Position numbers and translations under genes: made by a program. The notes beneath the pieces were generated by a model. The model was not told the origin of the DNA and made no database searches. It saw only the letters and a program-made list of their open reading frames with translations. A stretch of 32,000 nucleotides of DNA from Acaryochloris marina MBIC11017 (GTDB lineage Bacteria > Cyanobacteriota > Cyanobacteriia > Thermosynechococcales > Thermosynechococcaceae). The stretch's first letter is position 1; every line of letters begins with the position of its first letter. Of this stretch, positions 1 through 8,530 are shown piece after piece. The DNA lies in the NCBI RefSeq assembly GCF_000018105.1, contig NC_009931.1:32962-64961 (forward strand). Reading direction: 5' to 3'.

Positions 1-2045
1 GAGTCGATGATATCGTTGAACTCGGAGTAACACATGTGGGTGTGGATTTGGGTTTCATCCTCCACACCGCAAGCACTGAGGTGAAATGCCTTCACTGCCC
101 AGTTGAGATAGTTATCCCACTCGCTCCTGCGTAACGGCAGACCTTCACGGAAGGCCGGTTCATCGATCTGGATGGCGGCAATCCCGGCAGCTTCGAGGTC
201 CACCACTTCATCACGAATGGCCAGGGCAATCTGATGTGTGGTGACGGAGCGCGGCTGGTCGTCACGCACGAAGCTCCACTGGAGGATCGTAACCGGGCCG
301 GTTAGCATCCCCTTCATCGGGCGATCCGTCAACGATTGAGCATACTCAGACCAGTAGACAGTCATGGGCTTGGATCGGCTGACATCGCCAAAAATGATCG
401 GTGGTTTCACGTAGCGAGTGCCAAAGCTCTGCACCCAACCCGTGCTGGTAAAGGTAAAGCCTTCGAGATTTTCTCCAAAGTATTCCACCATGTCATTGCG
501 CTCGAACTCGCCGTGAACAGGCATATCAATCCCGATCTCGTCTTGGAACGCAACGCATTTAGCAATTTCTTCCTTCATGAACTGGTCGTAGTCCGCATCG
601 CTTAGCTTCCCTTTTTTCCACTGGGCGCGTGCTAGGCGCACCTCCTTGGTCTGAGGGAATGAGCCGATGGTCGTGGTCGGGAATTCCGGCAAACGGAGTT
701 TGGCTCGCTGCTTGGTCTGGCGTTCAACGAAGGCTGAGGCGCGATCGAAATCGCTGGGCTTAACCCCAGCAAGGCGCTTTTTCACAGCATCATTGTGGAT
801 ACGCTTGCTAGACTTTCGAGAAGCAACGGCGGCACGGTTGGTTTCAAGCATTTCTTCACTTCCGACTTCATCGAGAAGCTGCCGGAGTTCGGTGACTTCC
901 GTGAGTTTCTCGTCGGCAAAGGCCAGCCAACTTTTCAGCTCATCATCCAGCTTTTGTTCGTTTTGCAGGGTGACGGGCGAATGTAGCAATGAACAGCTAG
1001 GTGCGACCCAAAGCCGATCCGCGCCAACAACAACCTTGGCCTTCTTCAAAAATTCTAGTGAGGCATCGTAATCATTTTTCCAGACATTGCGGCCTTCGAC
1101 GATTCCTACGGAGAGAATTTTGTTAGTCGGGAAGGTATCCAGAACAGAGTCAATGTCTTCTGAACCTCGCACGAAATCAAAATGCAAGGCGTCAACCGGC
1201 AACGCAAGGTAGTCATCAAGATTATCTCTCACGCCACCAAAATATGTGGTGACGAGCAACTTTGCTGAGCCTTGGACCTTAGAGAGACGATCGTATGCCA
1301 CCTTCAAAGCTTCGCGCTGTAAATTGCTCAGGTCGGTGGAAATAATCGGTTCATCGAGCTGTATCCATTCCGCCCCTTCGGCGGCAAGCTTGTCGAGGAT
1401 CTCTACATAGACGGAGACAAGATTGTCGAGGAGAGTCAACGGATCGAAGTCCGGGTTGTTAGAACCCTGTACCTTGCCTAGGGAGAGATAAGTCACGGGA
1501 CCGACGAGCACTGGCTTCGCGTTAATCCCCAGTTCCTTAGCCTCCGCGAGTTCATCAAAGACTTTGGTGCTGCTAAGGGAGAATGTTGTGTCCCCCCGAA
1601 ACTCAGGCACGATGTAGTGGTAATTCGTATCGAACCACTTTGTCATCTCGCTAGCAAAAGTGGAAACCTTGCTCGTCTGGCAGTCCTTCTCATCCTCAAC
1701 CCAAGAAGTGCCGCCTTCCGTACCACGAGCGATGGTGAAAGCGGTGTTGATGTCTGTCTGCCCGCCTTGCCACTGAAAGCGCGGTGGCACATTGCCAAGC
1801 AGGCAGCTCATGTCGAGCACTTGGTCATAAAAGGAGAAGTCATTGACCGGGATGAGATCTAGTCCGGCGGCCTGTTGCTTCTTCCAGTTGGTTTCGCGCA
1901 AAGTCTTGCCCGTGACGAGCAGCTCGGAAAGAGGAAGGTCGCCTTTCCAATAGGCTTCCGTAGCCTTTTTTAATTCACGCTTGGCTCCGATGCGCGGGTA
2001 TCCCAGCGAATGTGTTTTGATCGGGGACTTATTGCATTGACTCAT
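1..2045 (-). CDS. metE: Cobalamin-independent methionine synthase MetE (5-methyltetrahydropteroyltriglutamate-homocysteine S-methyltransferase); the C-terminal end runs off the left edge
   Basis: The minus-strand frame is open from the ATG (complement of 2043-2045) to position 1. It has no stop in the window, so it is missing from the ORF track. My translation is [79 protein letters not shown]...[17 protein letters not shown], and at the window edge ...[37 protein letters not shown]. These are canonical MetE motifs. The + strand ORFs 336-1862 are antisense shadows. Confidence 0.93.
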   Translation of the reverse strand, partial: [681 protein letters not shown]

Positions 2046-2081
2046 AAACTTGGCTCCGATGTGCGGGTATTATCCCAGCGA
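1980..2081. repeat. Direct repeat of the metE 5' coding segment, with a decayed copy in the metE leader
   Basis: CTTGGCTCCGATGCGCGGGTATCCCAGCGA lies at 1980-2009, inside metE codons [44 protein letters not shown] lies at 2049-2081, immediately upstream of the metE ATG. The copies differ by one substitution and a 3-nt insertion. Confidence 0.9.
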
Positions 2082-2144
2082 TTTTTTTTGAGGTGATTCC
2101 CTTGTTGCCCATTGGCATGGCAATGATGCTATCAGCGTTAATTG

Positions 2145-2169
2145 ATGAATACAAATGGTTATTATTCAT
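2145..2169. promoter_or_regulatory. LysR-type T-N11-A palindrome; candidate MetR operator in the divergent metE/metR intergenic region
   Basis: ATGAATA (2145-2151), an 11-nt spacer, then TATTCAT (2163-2169) form a perfect 7-bp inverted repeat. It contains the TGAA/TTCA half-sites recalled for MetR boxes. A second, weaker ATGAA-N13-TTCAT overlaps at 2168-2190. Confidence 0.5.
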
Positions 2170-2205
2170 GAAATAATGAGTAAAATTCATTGAAGGCCGA
2201 TAACA

Positions 2206-3099
2206 TTGCTCGAACGTAGCCACCTTGAGATCATCCGTGCGGTTGACCTGCATGGGACTATGACCGCCGCCGCGAATGCGCTACACCTAACGCAATCGGC
2301 GCTGAGCCACAGTATGCGCAAGCTGGAAGATCAGATTGGGGTGAAGCTTTGGTATCGGGAAGGACGCAGCCTTCGTCTCACCCAAGCTGGCACCCATTTG
2401 TTGGCCGTGGCCAACCGCCTGATTCCCCAGTTCGTCCACACAGAAGAACGATTAGAACAATTCGCCCGTGGTGAACGGGGAACATTACGAATTGGTATGG
2501 AGTGCCATCCTTGTTATCAGTGGCTCCAGAAAATCACTGGCCCTTACTTGCGTGCCTGGGAATCGGTGGATTTTGACATTAAACAAAAATTCCAATTCGG
2601 CGGCATCGGGGCTTTATTTGCTCACGAAATCGACCTGCTGGTAACTCCCGATCCACTTCTGAAGAAAAGGCTACATTTTGTGCCCGTTTTCGATTACGAA
2701 CAAGTCTTGGTGGTCGGATCTGAGCATCAACTTCGGGGGGAGGATTGGGTGATCCCTCAGCAACTTGGGGAAGAAGTTCTCTTTACATATCCGGTTTCAC
2801 AGGATCGCCTTGATATCTATACTCGCTTCCTCACTCCAGTGGGAATGACGGTCAGGCGGCAGAAAGTGGTTGAGACCACAGAAATAATGCTTCAAATGGT
2901 AGCCTGTGGCCGTGGTGTTGCTGCTTTGCCTCGCTGGTTGGTAGAAGAATTCTCTGAAAAATATACCGTGCATGCAGTGCGCTTGGGACCTGAAGGCGTG
3001 CAAAAACAAATTTTCCTGGGCGTCCGTCAAGCTGATCTCGAAGTTGACTATATCAATGCCTTTATCGATTTGGCCCGCAACTACCATGAACATCCTTGA
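2206..3099 (+). CDS. metR: LysR-family transcriptional regulator, MetR-like
   Basis: This is a 297-aa ORF with a TTG start per the track. The N-terminal LysR helix-turn-helix is LHGTMTAAANALHLTQSALSHSMRKLEDQIGVKLW. It resembles E. coli MetR (QTQSALSHQFSDLE), and the gene is divergent from metE, the classical metE-metR arrangement. Confidence 0.8.
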   Translation: MLERSHLEIIRAVDLHGTMTAAANALHLTQSALSHSMRKLEDQIGVKLWYREGRSLRLTQAGTHLLAVANRLIPQFVHTEERLEQFARGERGTLRIGMECHPCYQWLQKITGPYLRAWESVDFDIKQKFQFGGIGALFAHEIDLLVTPDPLLKKRLHFVPVFDYEQVLVVGSEHQLRGEDWVIPQQLGEEVLFTYPVSQDRLDIYTRFLTPVGMTVRRQKVVETTEIMLQMVACGRGVAALPRWLVEEFSEKYTVHAVRLGPEGVQKQIFLGVRQADLEVDYINAFIDLARNYHEHP

Positions 3100-3114
3100 A
3101 AAGGTTCATGGTAG
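3081..3114 (+). terminator. 11-bp perfect hairpin spanning the metR stop codon (possible terminator or stability element; no U-tract)
   Basis: CTACCATGAAC (3081-3091) pairs with GTTCATGGTAG (3104-3114). The 12-nt loop contains the TGA stop (3097-3099). It is followed by an A-rich rather than a T-rich sequence, so an intrinsic terminator is uncertain. Confidence 0.35.
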
Positions 3115-3274
3115 TTGACGGTGCAAAAAAATTAGACTATCTAAACATAAAATTACGCTGTCTGTGGCACCTTCTTCTTTATGGGTTCGCTAGATGCGGT
3201 GATGATAGACGAGTTAGCGCCTGAATGAGCCGAGGCTCGAAACCATATGAATGTCTCTGAGCTATGTTATAGTG

Positions 3275-3436
3275 TCGAGCAAATCGGTTCTGATGGGAAA
3301 CAGCCATCAGACGTAAGGGGGAAAGTCCGGTGTGAATCCGGCGCTGTCCCGCAGCTGTAAGGAGAGACGCAACTCTCTAAGCCAGAATGCCCACCGGTTG
3401 AAAACCCGTTACATAACTATCTGCGAGGTACAGGTA
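3275..3436 (+). promoter_or_regulatory. Cobalamin (B12) riboswitch
   Basis: The conserved aptamer core is GGGGGAAAGTCCGGTGTGAATCCGGCGCTGTCCCGCAGCTGTAAGG (3317-3362). It fits the consensus GGGAA..GGTG.AA.CC....C.G.CCCGC..CTGTAA. A B12-box-like AAGCCAGAATGCCCACC lies at 3379-3395. Flanking helices are TCTGATGG/CCATCAGA (3289-3311) and GGAGAG/CTCTCT (3361-3378). A GAGG Shine-Dalgarno at 3425-3428 and an ATG at 3437 follow. The ends are approximate. Confidence 0.85.
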
Positions 3437-3500
3437 ATGTCTGATAGCTTTTTTCGATTTCAACTGGGAAACCAAGCGTCTGGCTGTAGCCACGAACAGG

Positions 3501-3905
3501 TTGTGGAGATATAACCTACTTGCCATTGGTAGCGCCAGTAACTTCATCTATCCTCATGTCCCTTTAGTTAGCTTGGCATCGCTGGCGGGAGTCACTCTTA
3601 ATCGCAGACAAGCCATTGTCTCTGCTGGGTTGATTTGGTTGGTTAATCAATTCTTTGGTTTTACCGTTCTGCAATATCCTCTCAGTGCGATCTCACTCCT
3701 GTGGGGCCTGTCTATGGGACTGGGGACCATTGCAGTTGCCTTGGTTGCCTCAATTCGGCCCCCCTTTAGTCGTCGCAGTTGGTGGGCACAAAGTTTATGG
3801 CTAGGCATTTCATTGTTGCTTGGTTTTTGTCTCTATCAAAGCGGTACGCTGCTGGTCAATCAATGGGTGCAAATGCATGGTCTCACGGCTGATGTGTTTC
3901 TATAG
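3501..3905 (+). CDS. Small integral membrane protein (about 4 predicted TM helices) of unrecognised family; first gene downstream of the B12 riboswitch
   Basis: This is a 134-aa ORF (TTG start per the track) with hydrophobic stretches AIVSAGLIWLVNQFFGFTVL, AISLLWGLSMGLGTIAVALVASI and SLWLGISLLLGFCLYQSGTLLV. A better-placed ATG at 3437 with a GAGG SD is one frame off. It would join this frame if the T6 run at 3449-3454 were T5. Confidence 0.65.
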   Translation: MWRYNLLAIGSASNFIYPHVPLVSLASLAGVTLNRRQAIVSAGLIWLVNQFFGFTVLQYPLSAISLLWGLSMGLGTIAVALVASIRPPFSRRSWWAQSLWLGISLLLGFCLYQSGTLLVNQWVQMHGLTADVFL

Positions 3906-4004
3906 ATGCTAGGACGAGAGGTGCTGTGGGCAATCGCGCTGTTTGCGTTCTACACCGCTTTAGTTCTGAGCCATCAACGTAACCTGCAACAGACTCTGCG
4001 CTAA
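3906..4004 (+). CDS. Possible 32-aa single-TM micro-protein translationally abutting the membrane gene
   Basis: The ATG at 3906 directly follows the TAG stop at 3903-3905 (TAGATG). The translation is MLGREVLWAIALFAFYTALVLSHQRNLQQTLR, one hydrophobic helix and a basic tail. It is below the ORF-track cutoff and is speculative. Confidence 0.3.
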   Translation: MLGREVLWAIALFAFYTALVLSHQRNLQQTLR

Positions 4005-4326
4005 GTCTTTCTATTTGATTGAAGGCCAACTTCATCTTCAGCCCAGTGACATTGATGAAATTAAGCCGCTTGGAGGGCAATTTTGCCACACATCTGAGCA
4101 ACTTAGTTCCGCTGTACTCTGGTTGACTTAACTGCAAACGCTGGAAATTTCCGAAGTTCGGATCCATGACCCCATCCTCGTAATCAGCGACATAGAAGAT
4201 CCAAAAGATGGGATCACTGAAACCTGTCAAGCGCTTACTTCAGATGGGCCTTTCCAGACTAAGGCTGAAATCTACTCTAAATCTTTAGAGCAGCCTCTAA
4301 AAACTTCAATTAAGGACGCTAAAGCA

Positions 4327-7209
4327 ATGCCAGACACAAAAGAGTTAGAGTCTGCTCCCTTATCAATACTGCCTCCTATTCAGGGTGGGTCTGTGGAGGG
4401 GCTTGACGCCGAGTACAAAGTCATTCGCCGCAATGGCAGCGTTGTTGGGTTTGAGGCGGACAAAATCGCGATCGCAATGACCAAAGCGTTTCTTGCTGTC
4501 AAAGGTGTGCAGAGTGGAGTCTCTGCGCGAGTGCGTGAGCTGGTGGCAACGCTGACCACCAATGTTGTTACCGCCTTGAAGCGCCGTCAGCCCACTGGCG
4601 GCACCTTTCACATTGAAGATATTCAAGATCAGGTGGAGCTGGCTTTAATGCGCTCTGGCGAGCATGATGTCGCTCGCGCCTATGTGCTGTATCGCGAAAA
4701 GCGTTCTCAAAAACGTACCCAACAGCATGGCATAGAGGCAGCTCCAATTTACCTGATGGATGGCGGTGATCGCGTATTACTTGATTTGGAGCGCTTCAAC
4801 GATTTGGTTGATTCCGCTTGCATCAACCTCGGAGATACGGTGAGTGGCAAGGCGATCGCTGATGAAGCCCTCAAAAATATTTACGATGGAGCGTCGGTGG
4901 TAGAACTACATAAGTCAGCGATATTGGCGGCGAGATCGCACATTGAAAAAGATCCAGACTACAGCAAAGTCACGGCAAGACTTCTTCTGCACAGGATTCG
5001 CCAGGAGGTCTTGGGTGCAGAAGTAACTCAAGCAGAGATGCAAGCCCGCTACGCTGAATATTTTCCCCACTTTATTCAGCAAGGTATTGCAACCGGACTA
5101 CTAGACGAAAAGCTCGCTCAATTTAACTTGCAGAAATTAGGTTCGGTCCTTGTCGCTGAGCGTGATCTTCAGTTTGGCTATCTGGGGTTACAAACCCTCT
5201 ATGATCGCTATTTTCTGCATACAGAAGATCGACGGATTGAGCTACCCCAGGCATTTTTTATGCGTGTGGCCATGGGACTTGCCCTGAACGAAATCGATCG
5301 TGAAGAACGGGCAGCGGAGTTCTACGACATCTTATCGAAGTTTGATTTCATGAGTTCGACCCCCACGCTGTTCAACTCGGGGACGGTGCGATCTCAGCTT
5401 TCTTCTTGTTATTTGACGACGGTACCGGATGCCCTCGACGGCATTTATAGCGCAATAAAAGACAACGCGCTGCTCTCCAAATATGCCGGGGGGCTGGGGA
5501 ATGACTGGACACCAGTACGGGCGCTAGGTGCTCATATTAAAGGCACCAACGGTAAATCTCAAGGCGTAGTACCGTTTCTCAAGGTCGTTAACGATACGGC
5601 AGTTGCTGTGAATCAAGGAGGCAAAAGAAAGGGAGCCGTATGCGCTTATTTAGAAACCTGGCATTTGGATATCGAAGAGTTTTTAGAACTCCGCAAAAAT
5701 ACCGGAGACGATCGCCGCCGCACCCACGACATAAACACCGCCAACTGGATTCCCGACCTATTTATGAAGCGGGTGATGGAAGATGGCGACTGGACGCTGT
5801 TTTCGCCGGATATAGTACCGGATCTCCATGACAAAGTGGGCAAAGAATTTGAAACTGCTTACCTGGCCTACGAGCAGCAGGCTGCAAAGGGCGAACTGAA
5901 GCCTTTCAAGACCGTGCCCGCCAATACCCTCTGGCGCAAGATGCTGTCGATGCTGTTTGAAACTGGCCACCCCTGGATTACGTTTAAAGACCCCTGTAAT
6001 GTGAGGTCGCCTCAGCAGCATATTGGCATGGTGCATAGCTCAAACCTTTGCACCGAAGTTACGCTCAACACGAATGAAAATGAAATAGCCGTGTGCAATC
6101 TTGGCTCAGTCAATCTTGTTAATCACATGGTGGAGAAAAACGGTCAAATGCAGCTCGATCAAGCCAAGCTGCAACACACCATCACCATTGCCATGCGGAT
6201 GCTGGATAATGTGATCGACCTGAACTACTATGCCGTCAGCACAGCGCGGAATTCTAACCTCAAGCATCGCCCCGTGGGTTTGGGGATTATGGGCTTCCAA
6301 GACTGTCTGCACCAACTGCGCCTGCCCTACGCCTCTCAAGATGCGGTTGACTTTGCAGATCGCGCTATGGAAGCCGTCTGCTACTACGCCTACTGGGCTT
6401 CGACCGAACTGGCCCAAGAACGCGGTCGGTACTCCACCTACAAAGGGTCACTGTGGGATCGCGGTATTTTACCCCAAGATACCCTGGCACTTCTCAAAGA
6501 AGTACGCGGTGGATTTGTGGAGGTGGATGAGTCTTCTACGATGGATTGGGATCTGCTGCGAGACCGGATTGCCCAGCATGGAATGCGAAACTCGAACTGC
6601 GTTGCGATCGCCCCCACCGCAACCATTGCCAACATCATTGGTGTCTCTGCTTGCATCGAGCCAACCTACCAAAATCTGTACGTCAAATCAAATCTGTCAG
6701 GGGAGTTTACCGTCGTCAACGAGTATTTGGTGCGCGACCTCAAAGTCCGTGAACTTTGGGATGAAGTTATGATTGCCGACCTTAAATATTTCGACGGCAG
6801 TTTGGCAAAAATCGATCGGATTCCGCCAGAGCTACGCCAGCTTTACGCTACCGCCTTCGAGGTTGAACCCAATTGGATTGTGGAAGCTGCGGCCCGTCGC
6901 AGTAAGTGGATCGATCAGGCTCAATCGCTCAATATCTACATGGCCGGAGCATCGGGCAAAAAGCTCGATCAGATCTACAAGCTGGCGTGGCAGCGTGGCT
7001 TAAAAACCACCTACTATCTTCGCTCCCTCGGTGCCACCCATGTTGAAAAATCGACGGCTCCAGCCAGTAGCCTCAACGCGGTATCCAATAACGGCAGCAG
7101 CAATGGTATAGGCAATATACTCACTACCTCAAAATCTGAAAACTTGGGTCAGGTTTGTAGCTTATCCCCTGGCGATGCCAACTTTGATGACTGCGAAGCC
7201 TGCCAGTAA
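4327..7209 (+). CDS. nrdA: Ribonucleoside-diphosphate reductase alpha subunit, class Ia (long form with an N-terminal ATP-cone and a second degenerate cone)
   Basis: This is a 960-aa ORF with AAGGA 10 nt upstream of the ATG. The ATP-cone is [22 protein letters not shown]. Catalytic motifs include SSCYL, NLCTEV and PTATIANI. The C-terminal redox tail ends with the Cys pair in DDCEACQ. The overall length and architecture resemble Pseudomonas-type NrdA. Confidence 0.95.
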   Translation: MPDTKELESAPLSILPPIQGGSVEGLDAEYKVIRRNGSVVGFEADKIAIAMTKAFLAVKGVQSGVSARVRELVATLTTNVVTALKRRQPTGGTFHIEDIQDQVELALMRSGEHDVARAYVLYREKRSQKRTQQHGIEAAPIYLMDGGDRVLLDLERFNDLVDSACINLGDTVSGKAIADEALKNIYDGASVVELHKSAILAARSHIEKDPDYSKVTARLLLHRIRQEVLGAEVTQAEMQARYAEYFPHFIQQGIATGLLDEKLAQFNLQKLGSVLVAERDLQFGYLGLQTLYDRYFLHTEDRRIELPQAFFMRVAMGLALNEIDREERAAEFYDILSKFDFMSSTPTLFNSGTVRSQLSSCYLTTVPDALDGIYSAIKDNALLSKYAGGLGNDWTPVRALGAHIKGTNGKSQGVVPFLKVVNDTAVAVNQGGKRKGAVCAYLETWHLDIEEFLELRKNTGDDRRRTHDINTANWIPDLFMKRVMEDGDWTLFSPDIVPDLHDKVGKEFETAYLAYEQQAAKGELKPFKTVPANTLWRKMLSMLFETGHPWITFKDPCNVRSPQQHIGMVHSSNLCTEVTLNTNENEIAVCNLGSVNLVNHMVEKNGQMQLDQAKLQHTITIAMRMLDNVIDLNYYAVSTARNSNLKHRPVGLGIMGFQDCLHQLRLPYASQDAVDFADRAMEAVCYYAYWASTELAQERGRYSTYKGSLWDRGILPQDTLALLKEVRGGFVEVDESSTMDWDLLRDRIAQHGMRNSNCVAIAPTATIANIIGVSACIEPTYQNLYVKSNLSGEFTVVNEYLVRDLKVRELWDEVMIADLKYFDGSLAKIDRIPPELRQLYATAFEVEPNWIVEAAARRSKWIDQAQSLNIYMAGASGKKLDQIYKLAWQRGLKTTYYLRSLGATHVEKSTAPASSLNAVSNNGSSNGIGNILTTSKSENLGQVCSLSPGDANFDDCEACQ

Positions 7210-7250
7210 GCAACTGGTCAGTAAATTTGTTAACCCCTAAGGAGACTCTA

Positions 7251-8405
7251 ATGATGTTGGTGTGGGAAGAAGAGACGACCGCTACAGCACAGACCAAAAC
7301 TGTTCAGACCGAACCCGTTCAGGCGGTTCCATCACCGCAAGAAGCTGGCCCTCAAACAATAATGGCTCAACCGGAAACGCAACCCCCTCGTCGCATCAAC
7401 GTTGCTGACAAGCGCATCATTAACGGCCAAACCGATGTCAATCAGCTTGTGCCCTTTAAGTACCAGTGGGCCTGGGACAAATATCTGGCAGGCTGTGCTA
7501 ACCACTGGATGCCCCAAGAGATCAATATGAGCAGGGATATTGCACTGTGGAAAACCACTGACGGGTTAACCGAAGATGAGCGTCGCATCGTCAAGCGGAA
7601 TCTCGGCTTTTTTGTCACCGCAGATTCTTTAGCCGCTAACAATATTGTTCTGGGCACCTATCGACATATCACGGCACCAGAATGCCGCCAATATTTACTA
7701 CGTCAAGCCTTTGAAGAAGCCATCCATACCCATGCCTATCAATATATTGTCGAATCCTTGGGGCTAGATGAGGGCGAAATCTTTAATGCTTACCGAGAAG
7801 TGGACTGCATTCGCGAGAAAGATGAGTTTTTAATTCCCTTTGTCGAGACTTTGACCGATCCTACCTTTGAAACCGGCACCCCCGAAAACGATCAAAAACT
7901 GCTTAAGTCTCTAATTGCTTTCTCTTGTCTTATGGAAGGTCTTTTTTTCTATGTAGGCTTTGTCCAAATCTTGGCCTTGGGTCGCCAAAACAAAATGACG
8001 GGCGCAGCCGAGCAGTATCAATACATCCTGCGGGATGAGTCGATGCACTGCAATTTTGGTATCGATCTAGTCAATGCCATTAAGCAAGAAAACCCGCATC
8101 TGTGGACCCCTGAATTTTGCGAAGAGATCCGCGATCTGTTTAAGCGGGCGGTAGAGCTTGAATATCGCTACGCCGAAGACACCATGCCCCGTGGCGTGCT
8201 CGGGCTTAATGCCTCTATGTTTAAGAGCTACTTGCGCTACATTGCCAATCGGCGTTCTCAGCAGATTGGCCTCGACCCCATTTTTGCTTCTGAAGAAAAT
8301 CCCTTCCCTTGGATGAGTGAGATGGTAGACCTCAAAAAGGAACGCAACTTCTTTGAAACCCGTGTGTTGGAATATCAGACCGGTGGGGCACTCAGTTGGG
8401 ATTAA
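7251..8405 (+). CDS. nrdB: Ribonucleoside-diphosphate reductase beta subunit, class Ia (di-iron tyrosyl radical type)
   Basis: The ATG at 7251 lies 6 nt after AAGGAG (7239-7244); the track start 7227 is TTG. Metal and radical motifs are FFVTADSL (Asp ligand), [12 protein letters not shown] (E-x-x-H then Tyr at +4), LMEGLFFY and [10 protein letters not shown]. The C-terminal end is [10 protein letters not shown]. Confidence 0.93.
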   Translation: MMLVWEEETTATAQTKTVQTEPVQAVPSPQEAGPQTIMAQPETQPPRRINVADKRIINGQTDVNQLVPFKYQWAWDKYLAGCANHWMPQEINMSRDIALWKTTDGLTEDERRIVKRNLGFFVTADSLAANNIVLGTYRHITAPECRQYLLRQAFEEAIHTHAYQYIVESLGLDEGEIFNAYREVDCIREKDEFLIPFVETLTDPTFETGTPENDQKLLKSLIAFSCLMEGLFFYVGFVQILALGRQNKMTGAAEQYQYILRDESMHCNFGIDLVNAIKQENPHLWTPEFCEEIRDLFKRAVELEYRYAEDTMPRGVLGLNASMFKSYLRYIANRRSQQIGLDPIFASEENPFPWMSEMVDLKKERNFFETRVLEYQTGGALSWD

Positions 8406-8530
8406 GCCATTGATTTACCGACAACCCGCGATTCTGGTATTGCGAAAATGATGAACACAATTGACCAACTCTGGGCTAAATTCAGCCAATGTTGGTCTAG
8501 TCCCACTGAGCATAGCGGAGAAACTAAGCT

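Noticed and set aside
336-1862. Plus-strand ORFs (336-605, 667-1071, 795-986, 1617-1862)
   Set aside because: They all lie antisense within the clearly coding metE frame on the minus strand. Their translations are low-complexity (Ser/Arg-rich), typical of shadow ORFs.
2029-2253. 74-aa minus-strand ORF across the metE/metR intergenic region
   Set aside because: It overlaps the metE start, the candidate operator palindrome and the metR start. It shows no motif and is AT-rich promoter DNA.
3332-3514. 60-aa plus-strand ORF
   Set aside because: Most of it lies within the cobalamin riboswitch aptamer. Only its last part, from the ATG at 3437, may matter (see the frameshift finding).
3883-4230. 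115-aa minus-strand ORF between the membrane gene and nrdA
   Set aside because: It has a TTG start, no recognisable motif and no SD. It overlaps the 3' end of the membrane gene and the abutting micro-ORF on the other strand. It is kept only as a weak possibility.
4363-7003. Many 60-180 aa ORFs on both strands inside nrdA (e.g. 4363-4626, 5758-6036, 6230-6772, 6773-7003)
   Set aside because: They are nested in or antisense to a 960-aa ORF with unmistakable RNR motifs. They are Arg/Pro/Ser-rich shadow frames.
7251-7440. Unusual 60-residue Thr/Gln/Pro-rich N-terminal extension of NrdB and the 960-aa length of NrdA
   Set aside because: I considered these a novelty. As far as I recall, however, the Pseudomonas-type class Ia enzymes have the same architecture (multi-ATP-cone NrdA, N-extended NrdB), and the downstream sequence is very similar to that type.
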